Of a stretch of 64,000 bases of DNA, positions 26,394 to 34,933 are shown one piece after another. How positions within the stretch are numbered: position 1 is the stretch's first letter; every line of letters begins with the position of its first letter. A model generated the notes under the pieces. That model was not told where the DNA came from. It ran no database searches and saw only the letters and a list, made by a program, of their open reading frames with translations. The stretch is from Minisyncoccota bacterium. Its GTDB lineage: Bacteria > Patescibacteriota > Minisyncoccia > Phycocordibacterales > SBAW01. A program made the translations under genes and the position numbers. The stretch is from the NCBI GenBank assembly GCA_035548815.1, contig DASZSF010000005.1, forward strand, positions 182,177-246,176. Reading direction: 5' to 3'.

Positions 26394-27140
26394 ATGGATG
26401 GTTTTTGGCCTTCTGCAAGTAAATGGTTTAGCGAAAAGACAAGTAGCCCTTTGTATTTTACGTACGTAGGTTTTTTTGTCGTTTGGAATTGGAAATTTTT
26501 TCAAATAATATTTTTAGAAAATTCTGCCCTATTTGAAAAACCCAGAGTTGAATATGTAACATCCAATCTATATCTTCATTGGGGACACGGTTTATTTTTA
26601 GATGGACTCACTAGCTTCCTGTGGCATACTCTTCCACCCGCAATTCTAACCATCATTGCGATATTATTTTTCCCGTATGCCCAAAAATGGGCACTTTTCT
26701 ATTATCTTGAAAGTCGTTTTGAACGAAAAAGAATGTTCCAGTCAAAACAACTTGAACATAATCAATGGTTATTGGATCAGGAAAAACTACGATCTCAAAC
26801 TTTGAAAGATATTGCCACTGAAAAAGTTGAACAGAAAAAAACTGAACGTGAGATAGATAGGGCAACAACTGATCAAGAAAAATGGGATTCTGAGTATAAT
26901 CTGTTGCGCAGTGAGGGAGTTTCCATTGACGCAGCTATCAATAACGCTGAGAAGATAATCTACGGCCATCGTGGTTATTATGGTACTGAGAAATATGAGG
27001 TAAATTATATTTCACCAGATGATCTTTCCTTACTTGATGGAGTAAATCTTATCAATATTCCACGAGGTCAAAATCTAATAGAATTTACAGAAAAAGGGAA
27101 ATATTTTGTGAGAGCAAGTAAAATCAGTAATGCATTTTAA
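26394..27140 (+). CDS. Hypothetical membrane/coiled-coil protein (AT-rich orphan)
   Basis: 248 aa with N-terminal hydrophobic segments, a central coiled coil and a C-terminal globular region. Local GC is about 35% against a ~50% backbone. Confidence 0.5.
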   Translation: MDGFWPSASKWFSEKTSSPLYFTYVGFFVVWNWKFFQIIFLENSALFEKPRVEYVTSNLYLHWGHGLFLDGLTSFLWHTLPPAILTIIAILFFPYAQKWALFYYLESRFERKRMFQSKQLEHNQWLLDQEKLRSQTLKDIATEKVEQKKTEREIDRATTDQEKWDSEYNLLRSEGVSIDAAINNAEKIIYGHRGYYGTEKYEVNYISPDDLSLLDGVNLINIPRGQNLIEFTEKGKYFVRASKISNAF

Positions 27141-27729
27141 AATGACCCTAGGAACCCTTGAATTTTTGAAGGCAGTGGAGCATCCGGAGATGGTTGCGGG
27201 AAAGGTGAGTGAGGCGTTGGGAAAAGTCAGTGGGGCGGATGGGGTTGGGGTAAGTGAGATTGATCCGAGTTTGTCGGACACAGCTGCATTTTGTGAAAAA
27301 TATCAGATTGGGCCGGAGGTGGCTGCAAACTGCGTAATTTTGCGAGCGAAGAAAAGCGGAGCTGGCTCTGAAGGAAATAGCGAAACAACTGGAGGCGAGG
27401 TGCAAGTGCAGTATGTTGCGTGTGTTATTTTGGCCACGACCCGCGTTGATGTGAACGGTTTGATGCGCGAGGTGCTTGGCACTAAAAAGATTTCGTTCGC
27501 GCCAATGGACGAAGCGGTTTCGCTTTCGGAAATGGAATTTGGAGGCATCACGCCCGTTGGCCTTCCGGCTAGCTGGCCGATTTATATAGACAAAGCCGTT
27601 GCTGAATCGCCACAACTCATCATCGGCAGTGGTGTCCGTAAATCAAAACTATTGGTATCAGGAACCTTTCTTTCCACCTTGCCAAACGCTCAAATTTTGG
27701 AAGGATTAGGGCAAGTAAAACAAATATGA
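27130..27729 (+). CDS. YbaK/ProX-type aminoacyl-tRNA deacylase domain protein
   Basis: EMEFGGITPVGLP (GGxxPxG YbaK motif) and SGVRKSKLLV. Confidence 0.65.
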   Translation: MHFKMTLGTLEFLKAVEHPEMVAGKVSEALGKVSGADGVGVSEIDPSLSDTAAFCEKYQIGPEVAANCVILRAKKSGAGSEGNSETTGGEVQVQYVACVILATTRVDVNGLMREVLGTKKISFAPMDEAVSLSEMEFGGITPVGLPASWPIYIDKAVAESPQLIIGSGVRKSKLLVSGTFLSTLPNAQILEGLGQVKQI

Positions 27730-28094
27730 AAAAAGCATACGGCTCATCAGAATTTTCAACGGCACCCCTCTCCTCGGCTCAAGAAATTGAAGGTCTGATA
27801 TTTGTTTCTGGCCAGATCCATGCAGACAAGAATTTGAATCTTATTGGTGAGACTATTGAAGAACGATTCACTGCAGTCATGGCAAATATAGAACGAATTT
27901 TGGTAGAGGCACAGTTAACGAATACTGATATCATTCAAGCGCGTCTCTATTTAACAAATCTTGATGAATTGCCAGCCCTCAATGAGATTTATAAACAATA
28001 TTTCAAGCACCCATTGCCAGCCCGTACAGCAATTGGAGTCTCAAAACTTCCTCTCGGAGCCTCACTTGAAATAGAAGTAATAGCTGCAAGATAG
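27726..28094 (+). CDS. ridA: RidA/YjgF family reactive-intermediate deaminase
   Basis: FVSGQI...ARTAIGVSKLPLGASLEIEVIA is the canonical RidA C-terminal signature. Confidence 0.8.
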   Translation: MKKAYGSSEFSTAPLSSAQEIEGLIFVSGQIHADKNLNLIGETIEERFTAVMANIERILVEAQLTNTDIIQARLYLTNLDELPALNEIYKQYFKHPLPARTAIGVSKLPLGASLEIEVIAAR

Positions 28095-28095
28095 T

Positions 28096-28665
28096 ATGCC
28101 AAAGGTAGTTTTGCTTGATGCAGACGGAGTGGTGCTGAAAAAGACCGACGGATATTTTAGTGACAGATTTGCCGAAGAATATGGTGCTCCAAAAGAAGAT
28201 GTTCTCGAATTCTTTCGAGGGCCATTCAAACTCTGCCAAACAGGTAAGGCGGATTTGAAAGAAGAGTTGAAAGACAGGCTTCCGGCATGGGGCTGGAGCA
28301 AAAGTGTTGAAGAGTTTTTGGAGTATTGGTTTGAAGAAGCTCGCCTAGATGACGACGTGGTTGCGGTCGCCCAAACTTTCCGTGAAAAAGGCGTGAAGTG
28401 CTATCTCGCAACCGACCAAGAAAAATACCGAAAAGAATATATTTGGAAAAAATTGGAAGGGAAGCTAGACGGCTCGTTTATTTCCTCCGATATTGGCTTT
28501 ACCAAGTCACAACCAGAGTTTTTCGCGGCTGTTCTGCAGCAGCTTGGCGTTGAATCTTCCGATGTTACCTATTTTGACGACGACCAGCATAACGTTGACA
28601 CCGCAAAATCACTCGGCATCGACGCCCATTTCTATACCTCTATCGGCGATCTTAAAAAGTATTAA
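28096..28665 (+). CDS. HAD-superfamily hydrolase (subfamily IA-like)
   Basis: LLDADGVV (motif I DxDG), the YLATDQ region and FDDDQHNVDTA (motif IV). Confidence 0.7.
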   Translation: MPKVVLLDADGVVLKKTDGYFSDRFAEEYGAPKEDVLEFFRGPFKLCQTGKADLKEELKDRLPAWGWSKSVEEFLEYWFEEARLDDDVVAVAQTFREKGVKCYLATDQEKYRKEYIWKKLEGKLDGSFISSDIGFTKSQPEFFAAVLQQLGVESSDVTYFDDDQHNVDTAKSLGIDAHFYTSIGDLKKY

Positions 28666-28676
28666 ACTGCACACAT

Positions 28677-29132
28677 ATGAGGACGATTGAGAGGGATGTA
28701 GTAGCAGCACTGATTTTTTCCAAAGACGGGAAGCTTTTTCAGGCATATAGGACCAATGGGAACTCGGTGTATTCGCATAAATGGCACATTCCTGGCGGTG
28801 GTGTTGAAGAGGGCGAAGATCACACAACAGCGCTCGTGCGCGAAATGCAGGAAGAGCTGCAACTCGATATTTCGAACTGCCCAATTGAGCTGACTGACGA
28901 CCAAGGCGGCGGAGAATCTGAAAAGGTTTTGCGCGACACAGGCGAGCGTGTGTTTGCAAAGATGAAATACTTCGTCTACAAAGTGCAGTTAGACAAAAAT
29001 GCCGACGAAGTTGAAATCACCCTCGACCCGTACGAATTTGAGACATATAAATGGTCCGATCTTTCGGAATTAAAAGAAGACGAGGTGACTCCGCCGTCCG
29101 CGACGCTCTTTAAGCGCTTGGGCTATATGTAG
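28677..29132 (+). CDS. NUDIX hydrolase
   Basis: Nudix box GGGVEEGEDHTTALVREMQEELQL. Confidence 0.8.
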   Translation: MRTIERDVVAALIFSKDGKLFQAYRTNGNSVYSHKWHIPGGGVEEGEDHTTALVREMQEELQLDISNCPIELTDDQGGGESEKVLRDTGERVFAKMKYFVYKVQLDKNADEVEITLDPYEFETYKWSDLSELKEDEVTPPSATLFKRLGYM

Positions 29133-29171
29133 TGAATGACGAGGACCGTCCTCGTCAAATTCATATAAAAG

Positions 29172-29200
29172 AAAAAGGCGGCTTTGGGGCCGCCTTTTTG
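29172..29200 (+). terminator. Intrinsic terminator
   Basis: GGCGGC-TTTGG-GGCCGCC hairpin followed by TTTTTG. Confidence 0.5.
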
Positions 29201-29471
29201 GGTGAGTCTGCGCCGCTGTTATTGGTGCCACAAAGGGCTTTCCTTTGTAAACAGATTCATGTAATAAACATGTTCCGTGTGCGTTATATAGAGTATGAGA
29301 AGGATGGCGGCTAAACATAAAGATGCAGGCGGGGTGACCGCCTTGGCGCTCGCGGCCGTCATCGCGTACTCGCTCTGGGGCGCATTTGTTTTGCACGAAC
29401 ACAAAGTCCAAGTCGCTCACGAACAGCCTGCACAGAGTTTGGCTGTTAAATAGTGCGGTACAATAGGGGCA

Positions 29472-30014
29472 ATGGAAACGGGTTTTTTGCATCCTACTGA
29501 TGCTCTGAATGCGGCACATGTGCATGAAGGCATGATTGTCGCCGACTTGGGCGCGGGTTCAGGCTTTTTTACTCGCGCTGCGGCGCGCATCGTAGGCGAA
29601 GGTGGCCAAGTGTGGGCAGTGGACACAAATCAGGACATGCTGCCACGGCTCAAAAACTTAGGCGAGGCGGAAGGTTTACACAATATTGAGGTAATGAAGG
29701 GCGATATTGAAACGGTTGGCGGCAGCAACCTCCCAGCCGGGCATTTTGATTTTTGTATCTTAACCAACGTGCTGTTTTGCGCCGAAAATAAAACTGCTGC
29801 CGTGGGCGAAGTAAAACGATTGCTCAAAACGGGTGGCCGCGCGCTCGTTATCGACTGGACCGATTCGTTTGGAGGTTTGGGCCCGCACCCCGGGCACGTT
29901 ATTGAAGAAGCGACCGCGCGCGAACTATTTGAAAACGCAGGGCTCGCGTTCGTTCAAGCCGTGCCTGCAGGGAGCTACCACTGGGGATTTATTGTTCGAA
30001 AGAAGGCAGAATGA
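29472..30014 (+). CDS. Class I SAM-dependent methyltransferase
   Basis: VADLGAGSGFFT (motif I) and LLKTGGRALVIDW (motif post-II). Confidence 0.65.
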   Translation: METGFLHPTDALNAAHVHEGMIVADLGAGSGFFTRAAARIVGEGGQVWAVDTNQDMLPRLKNLGEAEGLHNIEVMKGDIETVGGSNLPAGHFDFCILTNVLFCAENKTAAVGEVKRLLKTGGRALVIDWTDSFGGLGPHPGHVIEEATARELFENAGLAFVQAVPAGSYHWGFIVRKKAE

Positions 30015-30107
30015 CGAGCTATACTGCTTATAGAAATGCTCCGCATTTATATAAGCGTCGCTCGCTCGGAAATTAAAGTAAACTTCATTTCTCTCACTCG
30101 CTAGCTT

Positions 30108-31412
30108 ATGAAAATGACCAACTTCCAACTTATTTTTACGGGAGCCTTCGTCTTTTTTATTGTGTGCGGCCTTGTCGCATTTTCTCTCTACACCACTAAA
30201 AGCAACAACATCGGCAATGTGGTCGTGTGGGGCACGCTTGACGGCGGCACGATGTCGAAGCTTATCAATGACCTTAGCCAACAGGACAAGTCGTATCAGA
30301 GCGTCACGTATGTCGAACGCCCAGCCGCTACATTTGTCAGCGACGTTATAAACGCAATGGCCAGTGGCACAGGGCCTGACCTTGTGCTCATAAGCCAAGA
30401 CCAGCTCAACGCCTTTTCTAACAAGCTTTCTGTCATTCCATACAGCGCGGTATCGCAGTCAACCTACGTCTCTTCCTACATTGCAGAAAGCCAGCTCTTC
30501 TTGACTGCTGATGGCGCCTTCGCATTGCCATTTGTTATAAATCCTATGGTCTTGTATTGGAATCGCAATCTCGTGTCTTCGGCAGGATTGGGGCAGCCGC
30601 CAAAATATTGGGACGACTTGCTTACAACCGCGCAGAAGCTTACGGTCTTAGATGCAAACAACAATGTCAAAAAGAGTGCCATAGCGATGGGCTCGTGGGA
30701 CAATGTTGCGTATGCAAAGCAAATAGTGGCAGCGCTCTTTATGCAGGCGGGGGACAGTATTACACAATACGACCAGACGGGTGCACTTAGGTCCGTATTT
30801 GGCCAAACACCACAGGGGGCTCCCGAAAATCCAGCATCGTCAGCGTTGCAGTTTTATACCGAGTTCGCCAACCCATCAAAAGTTACCTATTCGTGGAATC
30901 GCTCACTGCCCAAATCAACCGACGCATTTACAGCAGGGGATGCGGCTCTCTATGTTGGGTTTGCAAGCGACTATCCGGATCTTTTGTCGCGAAACCCTAA
31001 CTTAAATATCGGGGTAGCGCTCCTGCCCCAGATCCAGGGCAATAGTACCGCCCTTACGTTCGGGCAGCTTACCGGCATTGCCATTCCGCGCACGGCGTTT
31101 AACCCAACTGGTGCGCTTACTATAGCAGAGAAACTTTCGGGCGCGACAGCCGTTGGTGCAGCTGCGGCAGCGTTCGGGTTTCCACCTGTACGCCTTGATG
31201 TGCCGACAGACACGTCAGCCAATGCGGCACAGGCCGTCTTTTACCAGTCATCGCTTATTGCACGCGGCTGGATCGACCCCGACTATGCCGCGAGCGATGC
31301 TATATTTAGGACGATGGTGGATGCGGTGGTCAGCAACAAGTCATTGCCTGACACGGCGGTGCAAGATGCCGCGCAGTCTCTCCAGGCGCTCATATCACAC
31401 ACAGGACAATGA
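30108..31412 (+). CDS. Membrane-anchored extracellular solute-binding-protein-like protein (SBP_bac_1-like)
   Basis: N-terminal TM anchor, then a sugar-type SBP pattern: VVVWGTLDGG, PDLVLISQDQL, PFVINPMVLYWNRNLVSSAGL..PPKYWDDLLTTAQKL. Stop overlaps the next ATG by 4 nt. Confidence 0.55.
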   Translation: MKMTNFQLIFTGAFVFFIVCGLVAFSLYTTKSNNIGNVVVWGTLDGGTMSKLINDLSQQDKSYQSVTYVERPAATFVSDVINAMASGTGPDLVLISQDQLNAFSNKLSVIPYSAVSQSTYVSSYIAESQLFLTADGAFALPFVINPMVLYWNRNLVSSAGLGQPPKYWDDLLTTAQKLTVLDANNNVKKSAIAMGSWDNVAYAKQIVAALFMQAGDSITQYDQTGALRSVFGQTPQGAPENPASSALQFYTEFANPSKVTYSWNRSLPKSTDAFTAGDAALYVGFASDYPDLLSRNPNLNIGVALLPQIQGNSTALTFGQLTGIAIPRTAFNPTGALTIAEKLSGATAVGAAAAAFGFPPVRLDVPTDTSANAAQAVFYQSSLIARGWIDPDYAASDAIFRTMVDAVVSNKSLPDTAVQDAAQSLQALISHTGQ

Positions 31413-31792
31413 AAACACTAGGCTATATCTCAACCACTGTGACCTTGATGTGCATGCCGCTTATCGCAGAGGCAGCTGGTGGCGGTGTGGGATTCCAAAA
31501 TCCTCTCAATGCCAGCACCATTTGCGGGGCGCTGAAGATATTTTTGGATGGACTCATGGCCCTTGCCGTTCCTGTGGCGGTAGTATTTTTGGTCTACGCG
31601 GGCTTTTTATTTGTATGGGCACGTGGAAATCAAGAAGCGCTGACAAAGGCAAAGAAGAATCTTTTTTACACGGTACTGGGTATTGCGATCTTTATGGGCG
31701 CGTGGCTTTTAGGACAAGTTGTGGCAAACACCTTTAACAGCCTGGCGAGCGGTGCAGGACAGCCAAATTCCCAGATAGGGCAATGTCAATAA
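31409..31792 (+). CDS. TrbC/VirB2-like pilin-family small membrane protein (paralog 1)
   Basis: Signal peptide, two TM helices flanking a basic loop (VYAGFLFVWARGNQEA...GIAIFMGAWLLGQVV), and an AGGA RBS. Confidence 0.45.
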   Translation: MKTLGYISTTVTLMCMPLIAEAAGGGVGFQNPLNASTICGALKIFLDGLMALAVPVAVVFLVYAGFLFVWARGNQEALTKAKKNLFYTVLGIAIFMGAWLLGQVVANTFNSLASGAGQPNSQIGQCQ

Positions 31793-31793
31793 T

Positions 31794-32099
31794 ATGAATA
31801 CACTTTTAAGCGCAGGTGATACATTTAAAGATGTCATTTCCCGCCTCATAGGGCTAATGAACCTGCTCATCTGGCCGCTCATAGGGTTTGCGATTCTTTT
31901 CTTCTTTTATGCGCTTGTCCGCTTCGTTTTCAAAGGCGGAGATTCGAAAGCTCGGATACAAGGCCGTCAGGCAATCTTATGGAGCTTAATAGCACTATTC
32001 GTTCTCTTTTCACTCTGGGGACTTGTGAGATTGCTCCAGACAGCCGTGTTTGTTGGCACTCCGGCACAAGAGCTCCAGAGGGGCACACAGCCGCTATAA
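31794..32099 (+). CDS. TrbC/VirB2-like pilin-family small membrane protein (paralog 2)
   Basis: Same 2-TM architecture (LIGFAILFFFYALVRFVFKGGDSKAR...LFSLWGLVRLL). Starts 1 nt after the previous stop. Confidence 0.45.
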   Translation: MNTLLSAGDTFKDVISRLIGLMNLLIWPLIGFAILFFFYALVRFVFKGGDSKARIQGRQAILWSLIALFVLFSLWGLVRLLQTAVFVGTPAQELQRGTQPL

Positions 32100-32164
32100 T
32101 CTATCCACACGAGGGTCTTGTGCGGGTGAGTGCGCTTGTTACACTATAAGTATATTAATTTAGA

Positions 32165-32527
32165 ATGAGTATGAAGAAGATTACTTCGATAGGCCTCCTT
32201 TTCCTTGCAGTTGCGCCGTTTATTGCGTCAGCACAATTATCAAACGTCCGAACTCTCATTGGCGCAGTCGGGAGCATCATCAACATGCTCATCCCGCTTT
32301 TGGTGGGAGTAGCGATTCTCGCGTTCTTCTGGGGTCTTATTAAATATATAAGTGGGGGAAAGGGAATGAAGGCAGGGCGTAACACCATGATCGCCGGTAT
32401 TGTTTCGTTCTTCATCATGGTATCGCTCTACGGCATTGTAAACTTCGCAGGTTCAGCACTTGGTATCAACCAAAACGGCCAGGGTAATGCTGTTCGCCCG
32501 AATGCGCCATCTATCCCGACCCAGTAG
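32165..32527 (+). CDS. TrbC/VirB2-like pilin-family small membrane protein (paralog 3)
   Basis: Signal peptide plus two TM helices with a GGKGMKAGR loop. Confidence 0.45.
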   Translation: MSMKKITSIGLLFLAVAPFIASAQLSNVRTLIGAVGSIINMLIPLLVGVAILAFFWGLIKYISGGKGMKAGRNTMIAGIVSFFIMVSLYGIVNFAGSALGINQNGQGNAVRPNAPSIPTQ

Positions 32528-32533
32528 TCAATC

Positions 32534-32788
32534 TTGAAAACTCTCGTCAATCTTTTCTCGAATATAATCATAAACCCACTCCTGGCATTACTGTTTGGAG
32601 TGGGTTTGTTGGTGTTTGTGTTCGGTGTTGCAGAATTTTTGTTTGAGTTTGATGTACGTGGCAACCAGACTGCACGAGAGGAGGGCAAAAAACATATGCT
32701 CTGGGGTGTTATAGGCATGTTTATCATGGCCTCAGCCTATAGCATCATTGAAGTTATCGCCTCAACGCTGGGAGCCAAACTTCCGTAA
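32534..32788 (+). CDS. TrbC/VirB2-like pilin-family small membrane protein (paralog 4)
   Basis: 84 aa with two TM helices and a DVRGNQTAREEGKK loop. Confidence 0.4.
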   Translation: MKTLVNLFSNIIINPLLALLFGVGLLVFVFGVAEFLFEFDVRGNQTAREEGKKHMLWGVIGMFIMASAYSIIEVIASTLGAKLP

Positions 32789-32872
32789 TTTTTGAAATGA
32801 AAAAGAAAACACCAGAGCCCTTGAGAGGGTTCTGGCGCTGGATGTTGTCAGAAAAGGATATGCAGGACGATT

Positions 32873-33337
32873 CTACGGCGGCAGGAGCTGGACGGAGCCA
32901 TTGAACTCCGTGTCCGCGGCCGCAACCGCTTCGATCGAATCCGGCATTGCCTGACACAGCCGGTTTGGATCTCGCAACTTTGGGTCGCAGATCAATATCT
33001 TGTCTTGATCTGCAGTTTTTCCCTTCTGCCAGACCCAGGCAAGGTGCCCCTGCAAGGTTAGACCCACCCTGCAGGTGCCCGATGGGTTCACCACGGTGCG
33101 AACCATGGTGAACCGCATGTTCCGCTGTACGCTGTCGCAGGCGGCGTTTGGCGTCTGCGACTGATTGGCTGTTGGGGGCCAGGCACCGGAATCCACAATC
33201 GCCATTCCCCAGATAAGGCAGCCAAAGAATATCAGGCCCCCTATCGCTAGGCCAACTACCATCATCATGCGAGACGCTCTCCGCGATGCAGCGACCATCA
33301 GCGGCGGAGCGAGACGGCTTGCATGTACGGGGTCCAT
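32873..33337 (-). CDS. Hypothetical membrane-anchored Cys-containing protein (GC3-rich)
   Basis: 154 aa with an N-terminal TM and 6 Cys in the soluble part. Its ATG overlaps the upstream stop (TAATG), indicating an operon. Confidence 0.45.
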   Translation of the reverse strand: MDPVHASRLAPPLMVAASRRASRMMMVVGLAIGGLIFFGCLIWGMAIVDSGAWPPTANQSQTPNAACDSVQRNMRFTMVRTVVNPSGTCRVGLTLQGHLAWVWQKGKTADQDKILICDPKLRDPNRLCQAMPDSIEAVAAADTEFNGSVQLLPP

Positions 33338-34560
33338 TAGTGGTCTCCTCCGTGATTGTCATGGCCGTGGTTACCGTTGGAGTCGTTTTTCTTGCCGCCT
33401 CCAAACGCTGCTGCCAAGCCTGCGGCAAAGGCGCCGAAGCCTCCGCCGATGTGCTTGGCTGTTTCAGTGGCTTCGGAATTGGTTTCAACCCGGATGATTC
33501 TCACATCCCGGTTGATGCCCTTTTCCTTGGCATTCAGCATCACTTTGTCCATTTCGTCCTGGAAGGTCGTCGTTGGCTTGCCGTCTACCATCGAGGCTTC
33601 GACATTCTTTCTTGCTGTACGTCGATAGATTTCCATCGTGATTTCGCCCTCGCGAGCTTCAGCATAGTCTGTCGGCAGCTTGAGAGTCCCAAGCACGACA
33701 CGTTCTACGGTTGCCCCGTATTGTTCTTCAAAGCTGCTGCCGCGCACGTCCCTGTCTTTGGGTTGTGAGGCTGCGAGGCCTGACTGGCCAGCCGGAGCCA
33801 CTTGTTCCGTGCCCGCAAGCGCTTCGATGAGCGATACCTGGATGTCAGGAATCTTGGCTGACAGCTCGTCCATGGTAACCTTGGCGACCTGTTCGCGCGC
33901 GTCGCTCTCGAAGATATCCAACGCTCCTTCGTTGATTGTTTCTGTTGAGTGGCTGATGTGCACCAACAGCAGCGGACCGAATGTACGCCAACGAACCGTC
34001 GGCTCGGGGAAGGTGGCGGTCAGCCCGTCCATTGTGGGGAACGAGATGGACCGGCCGAACGTACTACTTCGAAGCGATATGTAGTCGGTGTCCGGATTCA
34101 CAACCTCCCACGGCAAGCGGATATTGAACCAGCCTTGTGTAAATACATGCACGCGGCCGGTGAATATGTCCATCGCCATCGCTGCAGTCACTTTTGGCAC
34201 GGGCACCGACAGGTACCACGTGATGCATGAAAACTCAGCGATGAATAGACCGAGCGCCATTCCAATCCGGATTTTCGGTGGGAAGACGACCAGAAGATTC
34301 ATGATGTACGCATCGGGCACCAACACGATGAGCCCGATGACTGCCCATATGAGCAGTCGATCCCATGTATTCCCGGCTTTGCCGGTTATCTTGAGGCCAT
34401 AGCGCATGGCGATTTCTTGAAGCTCTGCCGGAGTTTTCTTTTGGATTCCGGCAGACTGAGAGGTTGGCATGGCTGGCGAATTCTTCGCCGAAGGCCATGC
34501 ATAGACAGCGCACGCAGCCGCGACGGCCACGAGCGAGAGGATGATGATAGGCAGAAGCAT
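33337..34560 (-). CDS. Membrane protein with possible SPFH/band-7-like domain and Gly/His-rich tail (GC3-rich)
   Basis: N-terminal TM helices, a GRVHVFTQGWFNIRLPWEVV segment resembling stomatin GRxxxxGPGLxFIxP, a coiled coil, and a C-terminal GGGFGAF...HGHDNHGGDH. Start placed at MLLP, which has a GAAAGGGG RBS. Confidence 0.4.
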   Translation of the reverse strand: MLLPIIILSLVAVAAACAVYAWPSAKNSPAMPTSQSAGIQKKTPAELQEIAMRYGLKITGKAGNTWDRLLIWAVIGLIVLVPDAYIMNLLVVFPPKIRIGMALGLFIAEFSCITWYLSVPVPKVTAAMAMDIFTGRVHVFTQGWFNIRLPWEVVNPDTDYISLRSSTFGRSISFPTMDGLTATFPEPTVRWRTFGPLLLVHISHSTETINEGALDIFESDAREQVAKVTMDELSAKIPDIQVSLIEALAGTEQVAPAGQSGLAASQPKDRDVRGSSFEEQYGATVERVVLGTLKLPTDYAEAREGEITMEIYRRTARKNVEASMVDGKPTTTFQDEMDKVMLNAKEKGINRDVRIIRVETNSEATETAKHIGGGFGAFAAGLAAAFGGGKKNDSNGNHGHDNHGGDH

Positions 34561-34733
34561 GTTGTCTACCCCTTTCTCAAAGGTCTGTGCGGCAGCGCCG
34601 CAGCGTGGTGAATGTCTGTCCATTCCAGAGCCGAAGCCATGGATGGTATTCCTTAGAATTATATCACAATAAAAGCTCTTTTGTCAAGCTAAAAAAGATA
34701 CAGAAAATAAGCGTTTTTTGGAAATTTGACGAG

Positions 34734-34815
34734 TGCTGGGGAGAGGACTTGAACCTCCATGGATTGCTCCGCCTGCTCCTAAGGCAGGTGCGTATACCAA
34801 TTCCGCCACCCCAGC
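34734..34815 (-). tRNA. tRNA-Leu (anticodon TAG)
   Basis: Reverse complement reads GCTGGGGTGGCGGAATTGGTATACGCACCTGCCTTAGGAGCAGG + long variable arm + GGAGG-TTCAAGT-CCTCT CCCCAGC A. Confidence 0.85.
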
Positions 34816-34829
34816 ATATGTGTAAACGG

Positions 34830-34902
34830 TGCGCCCACGAGGGCTCGAACCTCGGACCATCTCCTTAAGAGGGAGTTGCTCTACCAACTGAGCTATGGGC
34901 GC
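34830..34902 (-). tRNA. tRNA-Lys (anticodon CTT)
   Basis: Reverse complement reads GCGCCCATAGCTCAGTTGGTAGAGCAACTCCCTCTTAAGGAGATGGTCCGAGGTTCGAGCCCTCGTGGGCGCA. Confidence 0.8.
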
Positions 34903-34933
34903 GAACAGCAAAACAATACCATTAATTTTTATT

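Noticed and set aside
29070-29525. 151-aa minus-strand ORF in the NUDIX to methyltransferase spacer
   Set aside because: The region contains two terminator hairpins. The ORF has no RBS and implausible composition.
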